Position numbers and translations under genes: made by a program
In this document: positions 10,101 to 22,611 of the stretch, one piece after another
Layout of the letters: every line of letters starts with the position of its first letter
How positions within the stretch are numbered: the first letter of the stretch is position 1
NCBI GenBank assembly: GCA_964016885.1
Contig: OZ024743.1
Coordinates: 370,388,001 to 370,452,000 of the forward strand
DNA length: 64,000 nucleotides
Source of the DNA: Eledone cirrhosa
Taxonomy: Eukaryota
Reading direction: 5' to 3'
The notes under the pieces: model-generated
What the model was told of the DNA's origin: nothing
Seen by the model: the letters and a program-made list of their open reading frames with translations, nothing else
Databases searched by the model: none

Positions 10101-12870
10101 GCGAAGTCTCGTGCTTCTAAAATTCTGGTTTCGCTGATGGCCACCACATCTAAGTTTAATGCCCTGAGATCGTTAAGCAGGTGGCCCTGCTTCCAAGATG
10201 ACCCCGGGCCACGTACATTTATACTGCCTATTCTATGTACGGCCATGTTGGGTGAGGAATGGAATAAGAGAGAGAAGATCCCTTACCCAGATCATGTGGG
10301 AAAGGGACAGTCGAACCGTCACTTCGGCTGGTCATGGGTGTCTCCAAGATAATATCGGTGTATATCCTCTTGGTAAGCGACCCTTTGAAATCTCCCACTC
10401 CGTTGGGGAATTTTTCTGTTAACTCTTTATTATGTTCCAGTTTAATTTCGACAATGTTTATATTTTTTGGTAATGTTCCTGGTGTTGGTGGAGTGTAGTA
10501 ATTTTTGTCTGTAATGTCTGTGTGCTGCTTTGAGTTCTTTATTTGCCATGTTTATGGCTGTGTAATGATTTTTTTTTTTAGGGGGAGGATCCTGTTTTCT
10601 TGTTGCTGTTGTTGGGCCTATGTGCCTTGTTGTGTTTGCGATATTGGTGTTTGTGGTGATGCTGGTGGTGGTGGTGTGATTGTTGTTGGTGGTGATGCTT
10701 GTGGTGGTGATGGTGGTGGTGTTGCTGCGAGTCGCCTTGCAGCCTTTACCCCTCTTTGTTTGCCCTCTCTTTCGGAGGGCGAAGCTAAGGGGTTCTTTTT
10801 TTGTGTGGCAGACCTTTTGCCACTCCAATCCTGCCTCACACTCCATGTCGGATTCCGTGGCGTCTGGGAGGGGGATGTGCTCCACGGCTGTTGGTGGTGG
10901 TAGTATAGCCCTCTCCGCGGATTTTGTTGCTGGTGTAGCTACTTCAGCTGTAGCTACTGGTGTTGCCACTACTGCTGCCGCTGTTTTAGTTGTCCATGGC
11001 CTCGGTATGGGTGTCACAAACCTTGCCCTCCTACTCACGGTGGATGGGTGCCTGTCCTGCTCTTGGTAGCAGCGGACCAGGCGTCGGATGAAGTGGGGGG
11101 CTTCTTCTTCGCTGTCTTCTGTGAGCCAAAGGCCCTTAGGTGACCCTTTGACCCACAGAGATAGCACTTTGGGTGCCTTCCTTCTACGCTTATAGGGAGT
11201 TGGACTCCTTCCTCGAGGTCTATAATGTCCGGCATAGCCTCGATGCACTTCTGGTCAGTTTGTATTAGCATTTACATTCCTATACCTGACCAGTTCTCCC
11301 TCCTATCCTCTGTACTTGCAGCGTGGTCGTCCTGTCCTCAACTCCAGCAAGGATAGACGTGGCCAGCCAAGGTATGGGCACGTCGGGCGGGTCCTGGGTC
11401 ACTTTGACCTTCACAATTTTCTGCCCACAGTAGGAGGTCACCAAAACTATCTCCTCACTCTTTAGGGTTACCAAAGAGCGGGAATTCGCCTCATGGTGGG
11501 TGGTAAAAAGTACGTCTACTGTGGTATAATTTTTGCCTCGGGTGATGTAGGTTTTGCGTGCCCAGACGCACCCCAGGGCCTTTTGAATTTGAGCCTCCAC
11601 CCAATGTGACCTTTTGCTTACAGTGTGGAAAGTCACCGTCGGTAGCTGCTGGTGCTTGAAAAAATCGGGTTGAGGTTTCAGGGAGACTCGATTGGTATTT
11701 CTAGTCACCATGGCCCTTGTGAGTGCCATCTCCTTCTCCATGACTGGCACTGTCTCTATATTTCGGGCCACACCTGCAAAAGAAATGGCTCCTTTTTACA
11801 GCGGCACCATTATTGCTGCCGCTACTGCTGCTACTGGTTTTGTTGTTGCTGCTGGGCTCGTTTTTACTGTTATTGATGTTGTTATTGTTGTTGTTTTCGT
11901 TGATACTGTTGCTGCTGCTATTGTTCTTATTGTCATTGTTATTGTCTTTCTCGACGTTATTGCTGTTGTTATTGATGGTGTTGTTGTTGTTGTTGCTTCT
12001 GTTAGTACTGTTTGGCTTTTTTAAATCTGAAACAATATCATTAAAAAGGATATTGTTTCTCTTTTCTTTCGTAATATTTTCTTTTGTATTCATCTTCGCT
12101 CGAGTGCTGTCTTGTTGACATGTTGGCAAAGTCCTCCCCTCTCTGTGTTGCCTGACAGAGCTCTCTCTCTCTCTCTCTCTCTCTTTGGTTATGTTGTAGT
12201 TGCCCGCGTTAAATTATTATTATTTTTTTTTTTAATGTAATTAAGTAAGAAAGTTCTTGGTATAGTGGAGCGAGATACCAATGTGACAATGATGGTACCT
12301 GTAGACCAGCGAGATGCAGCGACCCTTTAACCCATCATTGCTCAGTACGTTCGTCCAGGTACTCGCATTGTAACCGTTGGCAGGCAGTTATACAATGCCC
12401 TCTTGCAACATGCAGTTGTAAACCATCGCTACAACTGTGTGGACCCCAAGGACTCCACAATCCACACAAACCGTGTGGAAGACAGCTGGAGGTTTTACAA
12501 AGTTAAATTCCGTACCATGAGAGGGACAAGCGAGGCATTTTTCGGCACTCCCCTTCAGGAGTTCCTTTGGCGCCGTGCTATTCAAAACATATCTTCAGCA
12601 ATATTCTATGTTGTATAATAGACACTTTTGAAAAAAAAATTTAAATTAAAAAAAAGAAATTAAATAATTTAAAATTTAATTAATAAGAACGTTCTTACTT
12701 AAATACATTTAAAAAAAAAACAAATAATAATAATAAAGTAATAATTATTTAACGTGGGCAACTACAAGATAACCCTCTTTTTTGTGTTATCCATCTTCGA
12801 ACGAAAATTTTTTCGAGTAAATTTTACAGAATACGACACCTCATAAAGGGGTATCGTATTATTTACGAGT
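7104..12870 (-). mobile_element. L1/Tx1-type LINE, copy B (3'-truncated, rearranged)
   Basis: Paralogous ORF1 (12129-10442, CYLCGSKGH) and ORF2 (starts 10246 MAVHRIGSINVRG; RT pieces down to 7104), collinear with copy A; 5' boundary approximate. Confidence 0.88.
12187..12774 (+). mobile_element. Merlin (ISXO2-like DDE) DNA transposon, internally deleted
   Basis: TIRs GGTTATGTTGTAGTTGCCCGCGTTAAAT / ATTTAACGTGGGCAACTACAAGATAACC; flanks CTCTCTTT / CTCTTTTT (7 of 8 match); peptide HAVVNH...VDP...IHTNRVEDSW...RGTS...EFLWR. Confidence 0.82.
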
Positions 12871-12879
12871 GAACCATGT

Positions 12880-13590
12880 ATTAAGTACAAATATAGATAT
12901 GACAGAATTGGCCAATATGTACACTGGGTAATATGTCGGCATTATAAAATCAAAGCTGCTGACAAGTGGTACAATCATCACCCTGAGGTTGTAACGGAAG
13001 GAGAAAAAGTAACAATTCTTTGTGACTTTCCTATACATACTGACATTAAAGCAAATAGACCAGATATCATTGTAAAAGACCAACATAACAAGGTCTGTTT
13101 ATTGATTGATATGAGCATCCCATGTAATCACAATCATGGCAAAAGAATTTGACAAGCAAGGAAAATATAAAGATTTGCTTATTGAAATCGAAAAAATGTG
13201 GCACCTCAAGGCTGTTACAATACCAGTGATAGTGGGAGGACTGGGAATGATCAAGAAAGGAACAGGACAGTATTTGCAAATGATTCCTGATTTACCCTCT
13301 CTGCAAGAGATGCATGAAATTGTTTTGACTGGTACTGCACATGTATTGAGAAGAGCACTATCTCTGTGAGAATGATACCCCCCCCCCCTTGTGTGGCTGT
13401 GTGTGTGTGAGTAGAGCACTATCTCTGTAAGAATGATAAGCTGTAAATTATATTCAATGTAGTGTGTTAACTGGCTTACCAATGTATACAGTGAATTTAT
13501 TTGCCCTAGGTATCAGAAAGACACTCGCCATATATCAGAAACAATACTGAAGGAAAAGGAAAAACAATAAAAATTATGATAATAATAATG
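12880..13590 (+). mobile_element. R4/Dong-type non-LTR retrotransposon 3' fragment (restriction-like endonuclease)
   Basis: KWYNHHPE...RPDIIV...LIDMSIP...KYKDL...IPVIVGGLG...LTGTAHVLRRAL; (TAA)n-like tail. Confidence 0.8.
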
Positions 13591-13789
13591 ACAAGGATAA
13601 TAACGGCAATAATAAAAGAAAAAAGGAAACAAAAGAAAAACATGAATAGGGAAATATAGAAAAAAAGAAAAAATGAAAAAAAAAGAAAGAAAAAAGAATG
13701 GGAAGGGGAGGGGATGGCAAGAACTCTGGTGTCACAGAAGAGAAGGGAGGGGTGAAGGGGAGGGTGATTGGGTTTAGGCCTAGGGCAAG

Positions 13790-14620
13790 GGGGCAGAGGG
13801 GTCGCAAAAGCATTCCCGTAGACAATGCCAGTGACACCCGCTGCAACAGCCACCCAACCTTGTGAGCCTCCTTCCTCAGATGGACTGCTGACATTCCGAT
13901 CTTGTGGAGGAGCCTGGTTGTACGGGGTCCAAGTATGCCTGAGGTCTCGACAGCAACTGGTGTGAAGAGGAAGTCGCCAGATAAACCCAAGTATTTGTTT
14001 ATTTTACATTTTTCTGCGATGCCGGGGTCTGTGGCCGAAGCGACTAAGTTGGAGGCGGAGAACGTATCGCAGCAGATGGCGTCCCAGATGAGGGATCTAT
14101 CTCTTTCAAATGGGAAGAGGGTGATTCCGTCGGGGCCTGCTGACTCCAGTTGAGATGGAAAGCTAGCTGCGTCCAGGCTTCTTCTCAATATGTCGTTGAG
14201 AGCAGCATGTTGGGGAAACCGGCCTGTGCTCTGGCTGCAAGACAGACGGTGCAGGCCAAACTTGTCAACAACCGCCGTACAGCGGCATTTATGTGGCTCA
14301 CACACGCAGAGGCCAAGGCATTGGGCTACTCCAACTTGAGTGCTCTCATCATCAAGAAGGGTACCAGTTCATGAGGAGGGCACCGAAATGAACCATCTTC
14401 TGCTGTTGGGCTGAGAAGCAGAGCGGAGGGAGGCAAAGCAGTGTTGGTCCAAGCCAGACTCGACCCACCTGACAGAAGACTTGCAATTGATGTTGTCCCA
14501 GTCATGTTGGACCGTAGTATACTGAGGGAGAGAGAGGCCTTCGCCTGTCCAGTAGGCCAGAGCTTGTTCAGATGAGTTCCCCGAGAACATCTGTGTGAGC
14601 AATCTTTGATCCCAGCTGAT
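13790..14620 (-). mobile_element. CRE-type non-LTR retrotransposon 3' fragment
   Basis: CRC...VDKFGLHRLSC...HAALNDIL...PDGITLFPF...LIWD...K..KY...FTPVAVETSG: zinc finger plus restriction-like endonuclease typical of the CRE clade. Confidence 0.78.
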
Positions 14621-15363
14621 GGGATAGGGTTTCAAATGCAAATTTATCAAAAGTCCAAATACAGTATTTATGTATACCTTAATTGTTACCCATTACCTGA
14701 TTTGATGAAACATTTATTACATGTGAAACAGGTCTCTGTATGAAAACAGACATTTTAATGAAATAACACTTATACTTCACAAGCATAATCACATGGAACT
14801 CCTCTACAAATGCTGTATTCCTTCCAGCTCTCCACTGAGGTCAACTTTGCCTTTCATTCTTTTGGATGCAATAAAGTACCTTTCTAGTATGAAGAGAGAG
14901 GAAGGATCATTATTCTCTCTCTATATATATATATATATATATTTCACTTAATTAAAGAAGAATTTTGTGGGACTTATTGAAATTTTAAATAATTGTATTA
15001 CTAAGAAACTAACTTAACATGGTTTTTATATAACATTCTGTTGGTAGATTTCAATTCAAATAGGACTTTTTTTATACTGGGTGGTTTTATTTCATATGAC
15101 CAGAGCTGGGTTGAGTCAGGTTGGTACTAAAAGTTTAGAATTACAAAATGATTCAGTCCTAAACATTTCCACGCTACAAAGTTCAAGTGAGATTCACAAT
15201 GTGAGACTTCCCCCTCGTCTTGCATGGTGTTGCTGCTTCACACAAATTAAATGAAGCTCATATCCAAAGTAAGCCATCCAGTTGATTGGCAAATAATTGC
15301 TCATCAATACATTCTAGCCACTCGTCCTAAAGACATGCTGTCTTCTATTATTAGTACAACAGC

Positions 15364-15552
15364 TGGTGGATTGGCAGAATCGGTAGAAAGTCGGACGCCT
15401 TGCTTTGCAGCAAAGAGTTACGGCCCTTTATGGTCTGAGTTCAAATCCTGCCGAGGTTAACTTTGCCTTTCATCCTTACGGGGGTCGATGAAATAAAGTA
15501 CCAGTAATACACTGGGATAATTCCTGACCTTGTGCCAAAAGTAGAAACAATT
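15364..15552 (+). mobile_element. tRNA-derived SINE, full length
   Basis: GGTGGATTGGCAGAATCGG...GAGTTCAAATCC...CCTTTCATCCTTACGGGGGTCGAT; reverse complement of the copies at 1043 and 5143. Confidence 0.88.
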
Positions 15553-16862
15553 ATTAGTACAACAGCCTCTGCTCCTCAGAAGTAGATTGTTGTTTACTTC
15601 CTCCAATCTATTTATTCTCATCTTATCCCCCATTGTATATCTTCCTTCCTGGGCCTTGTACAAATTACTTCAACCAATCCTTCTCAATCAAAACCATATT
15701 ATAAATCCTTGTTTCTTTAAAGTTTTCATATGCTGTTATTTTTACATTTATTTTTTAAATATTTTTTAAAGGTACTAAAAGTGTTATTTTGAAATTAAGA
15801 AGGAGATCCGATTCACTAAAATTTCCTGTCTTTTGTGGTCTATATCATCATTAATGAAGTAACAAAATTATAATCTAAAAAAATTAAACTGTTGGTTCTC
15901 TACACTATAATAGATTTAAATTCCATTGCAATCATTATGCAATTTTCTTGGAAAATAAAAATTACACTTTAGTCAGAAATGAGAGTAAATTCCAAACACA
16001 ATGTCACTCTCAATTTCTGCAATTGAAAACTGGATATTAAAATATATAAAAATGAAAATAACTGATATAAATAAATAAAGCATAATTGGTATTATTTAAT
16101 AGAAATTATCTTTAGTGTATACTATATTTATATGATTTAGGAACAGCACCCTTCTGTATGCCATCAAGTACAAAAATAACCCCTAGGAACTTACTTAACA
16201 ATAGCTCACTGCTGTAATCAATTTTAAGCATTCTCAGAAGGTCTTGTATAAGTTATTGCCTATCTATGGTTTTACATCAACAGCTTACTGAAAACAAGGT
16301 TTCTATGTGACACTTTCCAGTACCAAACATAACAGTTCTCTCAGAATCAGAATTGTCAAACGGCTGATGGCAAATATGACAAAAGTATTTTATTTTCTGC
16401 TTGTGCACAGTGTTTATCGGGTAGAGAGGATTACATATTTTGTCTAGGACAAATGTGTTGGTTTTGTGGATTGTTCATAGGGTCCACAGTGTACAGCACC
16501 AGTACCACAACTCAAAGTTGCTGATTTTGTACTATTGCTCAGTATTTAGCTGGCATGTCTCACAACAGAACAGACATGCTAAAAATGCTAATGACTTCAT
16601 TTCTCACATCAATAACATACTACTTGAATATGAAGCATACAGCCTTTGTGTAAAAATATATTTTACAGATATTTAATGTTATCTCATTTGAATTAAATCT
16701 TTTTCTAAATCGTTATAAAAACAACTGAAATACATTTTGTTTTTTAACTTATAAATAGCTCAATTTAGACTCTATTTTACTTTGTAAGTTTATCTTAGCA
16801 AATAGCTAACGTTAATAATAAATACCAATGGAAATAATCACAACTTTTCTCATTTTTTACAG

Positions 16863-17195
16863 GAGATTACGTGATTTTTAGATCTTATTACAGTTCTGGA
16901 GATAAAAACTCTTTGACATCACCTTTAATTGATATTTCACAAATGGAAGCCAGAGCCGAGTTTTATTACTACATGTCTGATGGAGAACTACAATTAAAAT
17001 TTATAGAAGAAGGAGAAAAAACATCACTGTATTTATGGCAAGATTCTGGAGACCATGGAAGTAAATGGCAACATGGTTGTATGAATTTACCCAGTAAAAA
17101 AGGGAGAATCTCATTCATTGGTATTTCTGGAAATATAAGATATTCAAATATATTAGCCCTTGATGATATTTCCATTGCCAAAGGTTATTGTAAAA
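16863..17195 (+). CDS. MAM-repeat protein, exon b (C-half of MAM domain 1)
   Basis: ttttacag acceptor, gtatgt donor; 333 bp, phase 1-1; GDYVIF...LTSP...FYYYM...LW...GDHGSKW...LALDDISIAKGYC matches the MAM core. Confidence 0.9.
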
Positions 17196-17864
17196 GTATG
17201 TATACTTGTTTTTTTTTCTCTCTTTACATATTTTAGACAGGTTTGATAACACTGCTTTCTATAAGTACCTTAATTTTGAGTTATCAGAGTTTCTCATATT
17301 TTGAGTAAACTAGTTCATTTTAGTTTTTCCTTAAGAGTATTCATATATCTTCACACATGAAAAGGTTTACTCAATCAGTGCTGACATCGGGTTAAAAAAC
17401 TACAACCACCAAACAAAAATTTCCATCTGTTATCTCTGCACATTACACGTCCATTCTTGTCATGTTATTTTTATACCCAGATACTTCTGATTATAATTAT
17501 CTTATTTTATTTAATCAAAGTTATATATCAATGACTGTTGAGTACTATATTGATTTTTGGCTAAAGGTAAATAGAAGTAATAACATTCACACCTTTATTC
17601 AAATGAAATAGGTACAAAAGCTGTAATTGAAATTAAGTTGCAGTAATAACTCACAAATAGCCGATCAAAGAAAGAAAATATTCCTAGGGTATGTTATGGT
17701 CCCATAACACCTGGTGGAGTCATGGGGGTTCTATACAACATTTCTTAGGAATTTTGAAGCCTGGTGGTGCCCATATCTCTGCAGGTCTGAATACAGCAGA
17801 TTTATTCCAGAGAAGGACTGAGAGTGAGAGAGAGAAAGTGAGAAAGAGATATAGAGGAAGAATT

Positions 17865-18015
17865 GACCTCAGTACTAGGGTGGTATTTTTTTTTATTGAC
17901 CTAGAATGGATGAAAGACCAAGTTGACCATGGCAGAATTTGAACTCAGAGAGTACAGAGCTGGAATACATACTGCAAAGCATTCTATCTGACATTCTAAT
18001 GACTCTACCAATTCG
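17865..18015 (-). mobile_element. Diverged SINE copy
   Basis: TATTGACCTAGAATGGATGAAAG...TTTGAACTCAG similar to the SINE core. Confidence 0.6.
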
Positions 18016-18169
18016 GCACATTAGAGAATATGTTAAGTTAAAACAATTAACTGAATTGATTACTTATTATACAAAGTGTCCCAGACATAAGGTAGCATTT
18101 AAAGTTATTTTAATGTATAAATATTGCTTGAATACTACTACTACTACTACTTCATGACAACCTCATGGC

Positions 18170-20595
18170 TACTGAGAAGACTTGCTCCAGCCAGACAGAG
18201 GGTGACCTGGTGGTGGAACAACACTGTGGATTGAGCTATTAAAGAAAAGAGGCAGGCATGGAAAAACAGGAGAAATGGAGGCAGTAAAAATCGATATCAA
18301 TTAGCTAAGTTAGACAATAGATATACATAGCAAGCAGAGAAGCTGAAAGCAGGAAATTTGCCAATGACTTACGATGTGAGAATGATGTGAGAATAAGGTG
18401 TCCCACTTCATTAAGAAGTGGGACTGTGATAACCAGGATGTTGTTGGGGAAAAGTATGTACAAAATGATACAGGAACACTCAGCACTACTGATGCACGAA
18501 AGAAGGAGTCCTGGAAATGTTATTATGAGGAGAATGTGGAAAATGAGTGGAAGGAAGAGAGACTCTCTCCAGCTGACCCAACTATTGAAATTGACAGTTA
18601 TAAAGTTAAGGAAACAATCAAGAAGATGAAAAATGTTATGGCTGCCGGTCCATCAGAAATAGCTGCTGAGATTGTGAAATTATCTGGGGAATTAAGAGTT
18701 AAAATAGTCACTTGCATAATCAATCAACTAGTACAAGATGGAATCATACACAAGGACTGGCATAGTAGTATGTTACAAGATAAAAGGTGATGCAATATAA
18801 AGGAGCAATTTCAGGAGAATAAAACTAATGAACCAGGTAACCAAACTGACTGAAAGAGTCTTAGCAGAACTAATTAGGGAAACAATCAATTTAGATCAGA
18901 TGCAGTTTGGTTTTGTGTCATGGAGAAGTACTACAGAATGCCTCTTCCTAGTGAGACAACTACAAGAGAAGTTTCTAGCCAAGAATAAGCCACTATATTT
19001 GGCTTTTGTTCATCTAGAAAAGGCCATTGACAGTGTACCTCAATCTGTCAACTGGTGGTCCTTAAAGAAAATAAGCAGAGAAGAATTACTTGTAAGAGCA
19101 AGGCAATGCATGTACAGGGGAGCTGTTAATAAGGTGAGAGCAGGCATTGAATTTAGTGAGAAATTCAATATGCATCATCCGTACTCCGCCCACTCCTATT
19201 TATCCTAGTTCTTCAAGCCATAACAAAAGAGTTTAAGACAGGTTGCTCATGGGAACTACTGTGTGCTGCTGACTGAATTCTAATAACCAAATCTGTGGGA
19301 GAGCTATAGAAGAGATTCTGGCTTTGAAAACAGAACTAGAATCAAAGGGGCTTTTAGGAAAAATTGAGTTCTGGTAAGCAAGAAAAAAGACAAAGGAGTA
19401 AATAGTAACTCTGTACGATTTACACAATGTAAATCTTGGGTACACAAGAGGTGTTGTGGTATAGTAAGTAGACTAATAGAAAAAGGTAAACTTTGTATGA
19501 TGCAAGTGCACAGGTACAATTATAGTAAGAGCACAAGTAAAATAAACGTGTTCCATCCCAGGAAGGCTCCATACAAGTAGTTGATAGCTTCTGTTATCTA
19601 GGTGATAAAATTAGTTGGGGAGGTGGCTGCTGCTATGAGAGCATATTAGCTAGAATAAGAACAGGATGAAAACATTTCAGAGAACTGTTACTTCTGATGA
19701 CTTCACAAGACCCAAGAAGATCAGACAAAGCAGGTCCACTGAGAAGCTCATGATAATCCCATTTTTTGACAGCAAGGGCATTTACATCCATTGGGTCCCC
19801 CATGGCCAGACAGTCAACAAAGAGTACTATGTAGAGGTTTTGAGGTAGTTCAGAAAGAGATTTCATCACAAGAGACCAGAACTCTTCAAGTCTGGTCAGT
19901 AGCACCTGCACCAGGACAATGCTCCCTGCCACAAATCCATCCTGGTGACCAACTATTTGGCCATTATGGGGATCAAGACTGTTCCCCATCCTCCCCACAG
20001 TCCAGACTTAGCACCATGCATCTTCTGGATGTTCCCAAAGCTGAAGGAGAAGCTCAGGGATATCTGCTTTGAGGATGTGGAGGAGATGAAGGAGGTGTGA
20101 CAAGGGTAGGTGAGACCTGCCAGGGTACCTTCCAGAAGTGGTTGGAGTGCTACAACAAGTGCATTGAAGTTGGAGGATCCTACTGTGAGGGAGACTAGAG
20201 TTTTGTGTTGATCTGAGTTAAATAAATGTCTCTCTGATAAACGTCTCAAAACATCTTGACTGTAACTCGTGAAAGGCAAAGCATAGATGAGCTGAGATAG
20301 GCTTTATAGAGGAATTAGAAGTAGTGTGCAGAAGAGAATGTGTTTGTATAGCCATGTGATGCATATGGATGATGAGCCCCAGAGAAAGAGATTTGTGGTA
20401 GAGGGAGACCAAAGGAGACTTGGGCAGAGATTGTGAGAACTGATTTCAAATTACTGAATTTCACAGAGGAGATGTTGAAGGACGGAGATGTTTGGAGAGA
20501 TGCAGTGGTGGAAAGAGCACATCCAACACATGCAAGCATGGAAAAGTAGGTGTAAAATGGGGGTAGTGGATAATGTTGATGTTGATGATGATGAT
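18170..20595 (+). mobile_element. RTE (BovB-like) LINE, decayed, interrupted by mariner
   Basis: VTWWWN, KCYYE, AAGPSEI, MQFGF, YLAFVHLEKA pieces; 3' end with (GAT)n tail. Confidence 0.82.
19693..20270 (+). mobile_element. Mariner transposase C-terminal fragment
   Basis: FFDSKG...VPHGQTVNKEYYVEVL...HQDNAPCH...HPPHSPDLAP...FPKLK; TIR-like end ...AACTCGTG. Confidence 0.85.
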
Positions 20596-20914
20596 TTCAA
20601 TCCAATTTAATGTTGTTGGAATGTAAAAATTTACTGTAGTTTGTGACTTGTCTTGCAGTCTGCAACTTTAAATAAGAACTGACTTTTACCATGATGACCC
20701 TTTCAGTCCATACAAGTATGTAAAGCAGGCATAAAAAAGATGATGCTATTGTTGTTTAGCTCCAAGTCAAGCACATGATTGGAGGGGGATTTAACTGTTA
20801 ATTCTAATAGATTGAGAGACCATATAAATACTCCCTCATTAGCTCAAAATTCTCCCCTCTGAGGTTGGCTTTGTTCTTTATACAACCATTGTATTTTTAC
20901 TTAAACCTAGATAC

Positions 20915-21270
20915 AGGCATAGTTCTGTGGTTAAGACATTCACTTTGCAACCATATGGCTTGAGGTTCAGTCCCACTGTGTGGCATCTTGGGCAAGTGTC
21001 TTCTACTGTAGCCTTGAATGAAATTTGGTAGACAAAACTCCATTGTGTCTGTGTGTGTGTGTGTGCATGTGTGCGCACGCACACATGTCTCTGTGTATAT
21101 TTACTCTTTGTCCAGTAATTTAGCAATTCGATAAAAAGGGATTGAAATAATAAGTACCAGACTTGAAAAAGAATACATATTGGGATTGATATGATTGACT
21201 AAATCCCTCAAAGGTGATGTTCCAGAATGGCTGCGGTCAAATGACTGAAACCAGTAAAAGAATAAAAGAA
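20915..21270 (+). mobile_element. Second tRNA-derived SINE family
   Basis: TGTGGTTAAG...GGTTCAGTCCC head, TTGGGCAAGTGTCTT core, internal (TG)n, AATAAGTACCAG, tail AAAAGAATAAAAGAAT. Confidence 0.7.
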
Positions 21271-22452
21271 TGACTAAAAGTAACTTAAATTCTGTTGAGG
21301 ATCACATATCAGAAATATCAAAGTTGTGTCTGCATTTCTTTCTGTCTTTATGTTAATTAAAGTAAATAGAAGGTGAATTATATGTAGGTATACAGGTTTG
21401 AATTATAAACCCATTATAAAAATAAAAACACATGCAAACACATTTTGTTATTCTCTTTGTACACATAATAATATAGGCTTTATCTGTACACGTTTCACAA
21501 CTTATTGGCTGTTCATTAGAAGACAAATACCCATAACCTTATGTCTACAAGGAGAACTTAAAAACCATCATTCACAGCACCTCATATATTAGAAGAACTA
21601 AAATAAGTTTATTGTAATTATAATTGTAGCTAAAAATCACAAACTTCACTGTGAAAATGTAAAAAAATGTAAATACATCTTGCTGTTCATTTCATACACA
21701 GAAAAATATAAATACAGGAATTACCTTTACATATTTCATGGTTTATTTGAAAATGTATTTACATTTGTTTATATTTTCATAGAAAGTTTGAAATTTAAAA
21801 CTATAATTATACTAACATTAAATTATCTCAGACATAGTATTAACTTCTAACATTGTTAAACAGCCAGGGATTTTTGTGAGAGAAAAATTCTTTCAAAATA
21901 TCAAATTATTTATTGAAAAATTGTGGTAACTTGATGGATACTTGGCTGCCATATTTATGACTTCAACCTTCTAAATATCAAAACCTATTTCAAATTAATT
22001 CTATGTAATTAATTTGTAGTCCCGAGAAGGTATAATGTAATTTTTTTTATTTTGTGTATTCAGTATAATCTATAAATGCATAAGAAAAGTTGTAGGATCT
22101 GAGGCAGACTGGCAGTGAATGTTGAGAATATATGTATTGGAGTCCTTAGAACATTTGTTCTAGCTCTTTTCATTCTGAATTCAAATACCTCTGTGGCCTA
22201 TTTCGGTGTAGACTTAATAAATTACCCAGTTTATCAGGCCAAGAGGTGTCTTTAGCAGACTCCAAGCTGTTTAAAGATACCTCCCTCCCTTCCTTCCACA
22301 AGTCTTGGTATCCTTGGAAAGGGTTATGGGTCAAGCTTTTCTTTCTGAATAAAAAAGATTGCACTAGGTTATGGTGTTTATTTGTTCATATATAACCTTT
22401 CCATATAAATTTGTGCCCTTTCATTTCTAAGAAACTGTAATTTATATTTTAG

Positions 22453-22611
22453 CTGGGATCTTAAATCATGAGTGTACCTTTGATAACGTACTACTATGTG
22501 AATACAGCATTAACTGTATGAACCCCAATGAATTCACATGGAGAAGGAATTTTGGCAGTACTTCATCGAGATATACTGGACCTACCACTGATGCTTCAAA
22601 CAACAAAAAGG
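22453..22611 (+). CDS. MAM-repeat protein, exon c (N-half of MAM domain 2)
   Basis: ttttag acceptor, gtaaag donor; 159 bp, phase 1-1; HECTFDNVLLCEY...FTWRRNFGSTSSRYTGPTTDAS has the canonical W...T.S..TGP..D motif. Confidence 0.9.

Noticed and set aside
15364-15455. tRNA gene
   Set aside because: A and B boxes are present but widely spaced with no cloverleaf; it is a SINE head.
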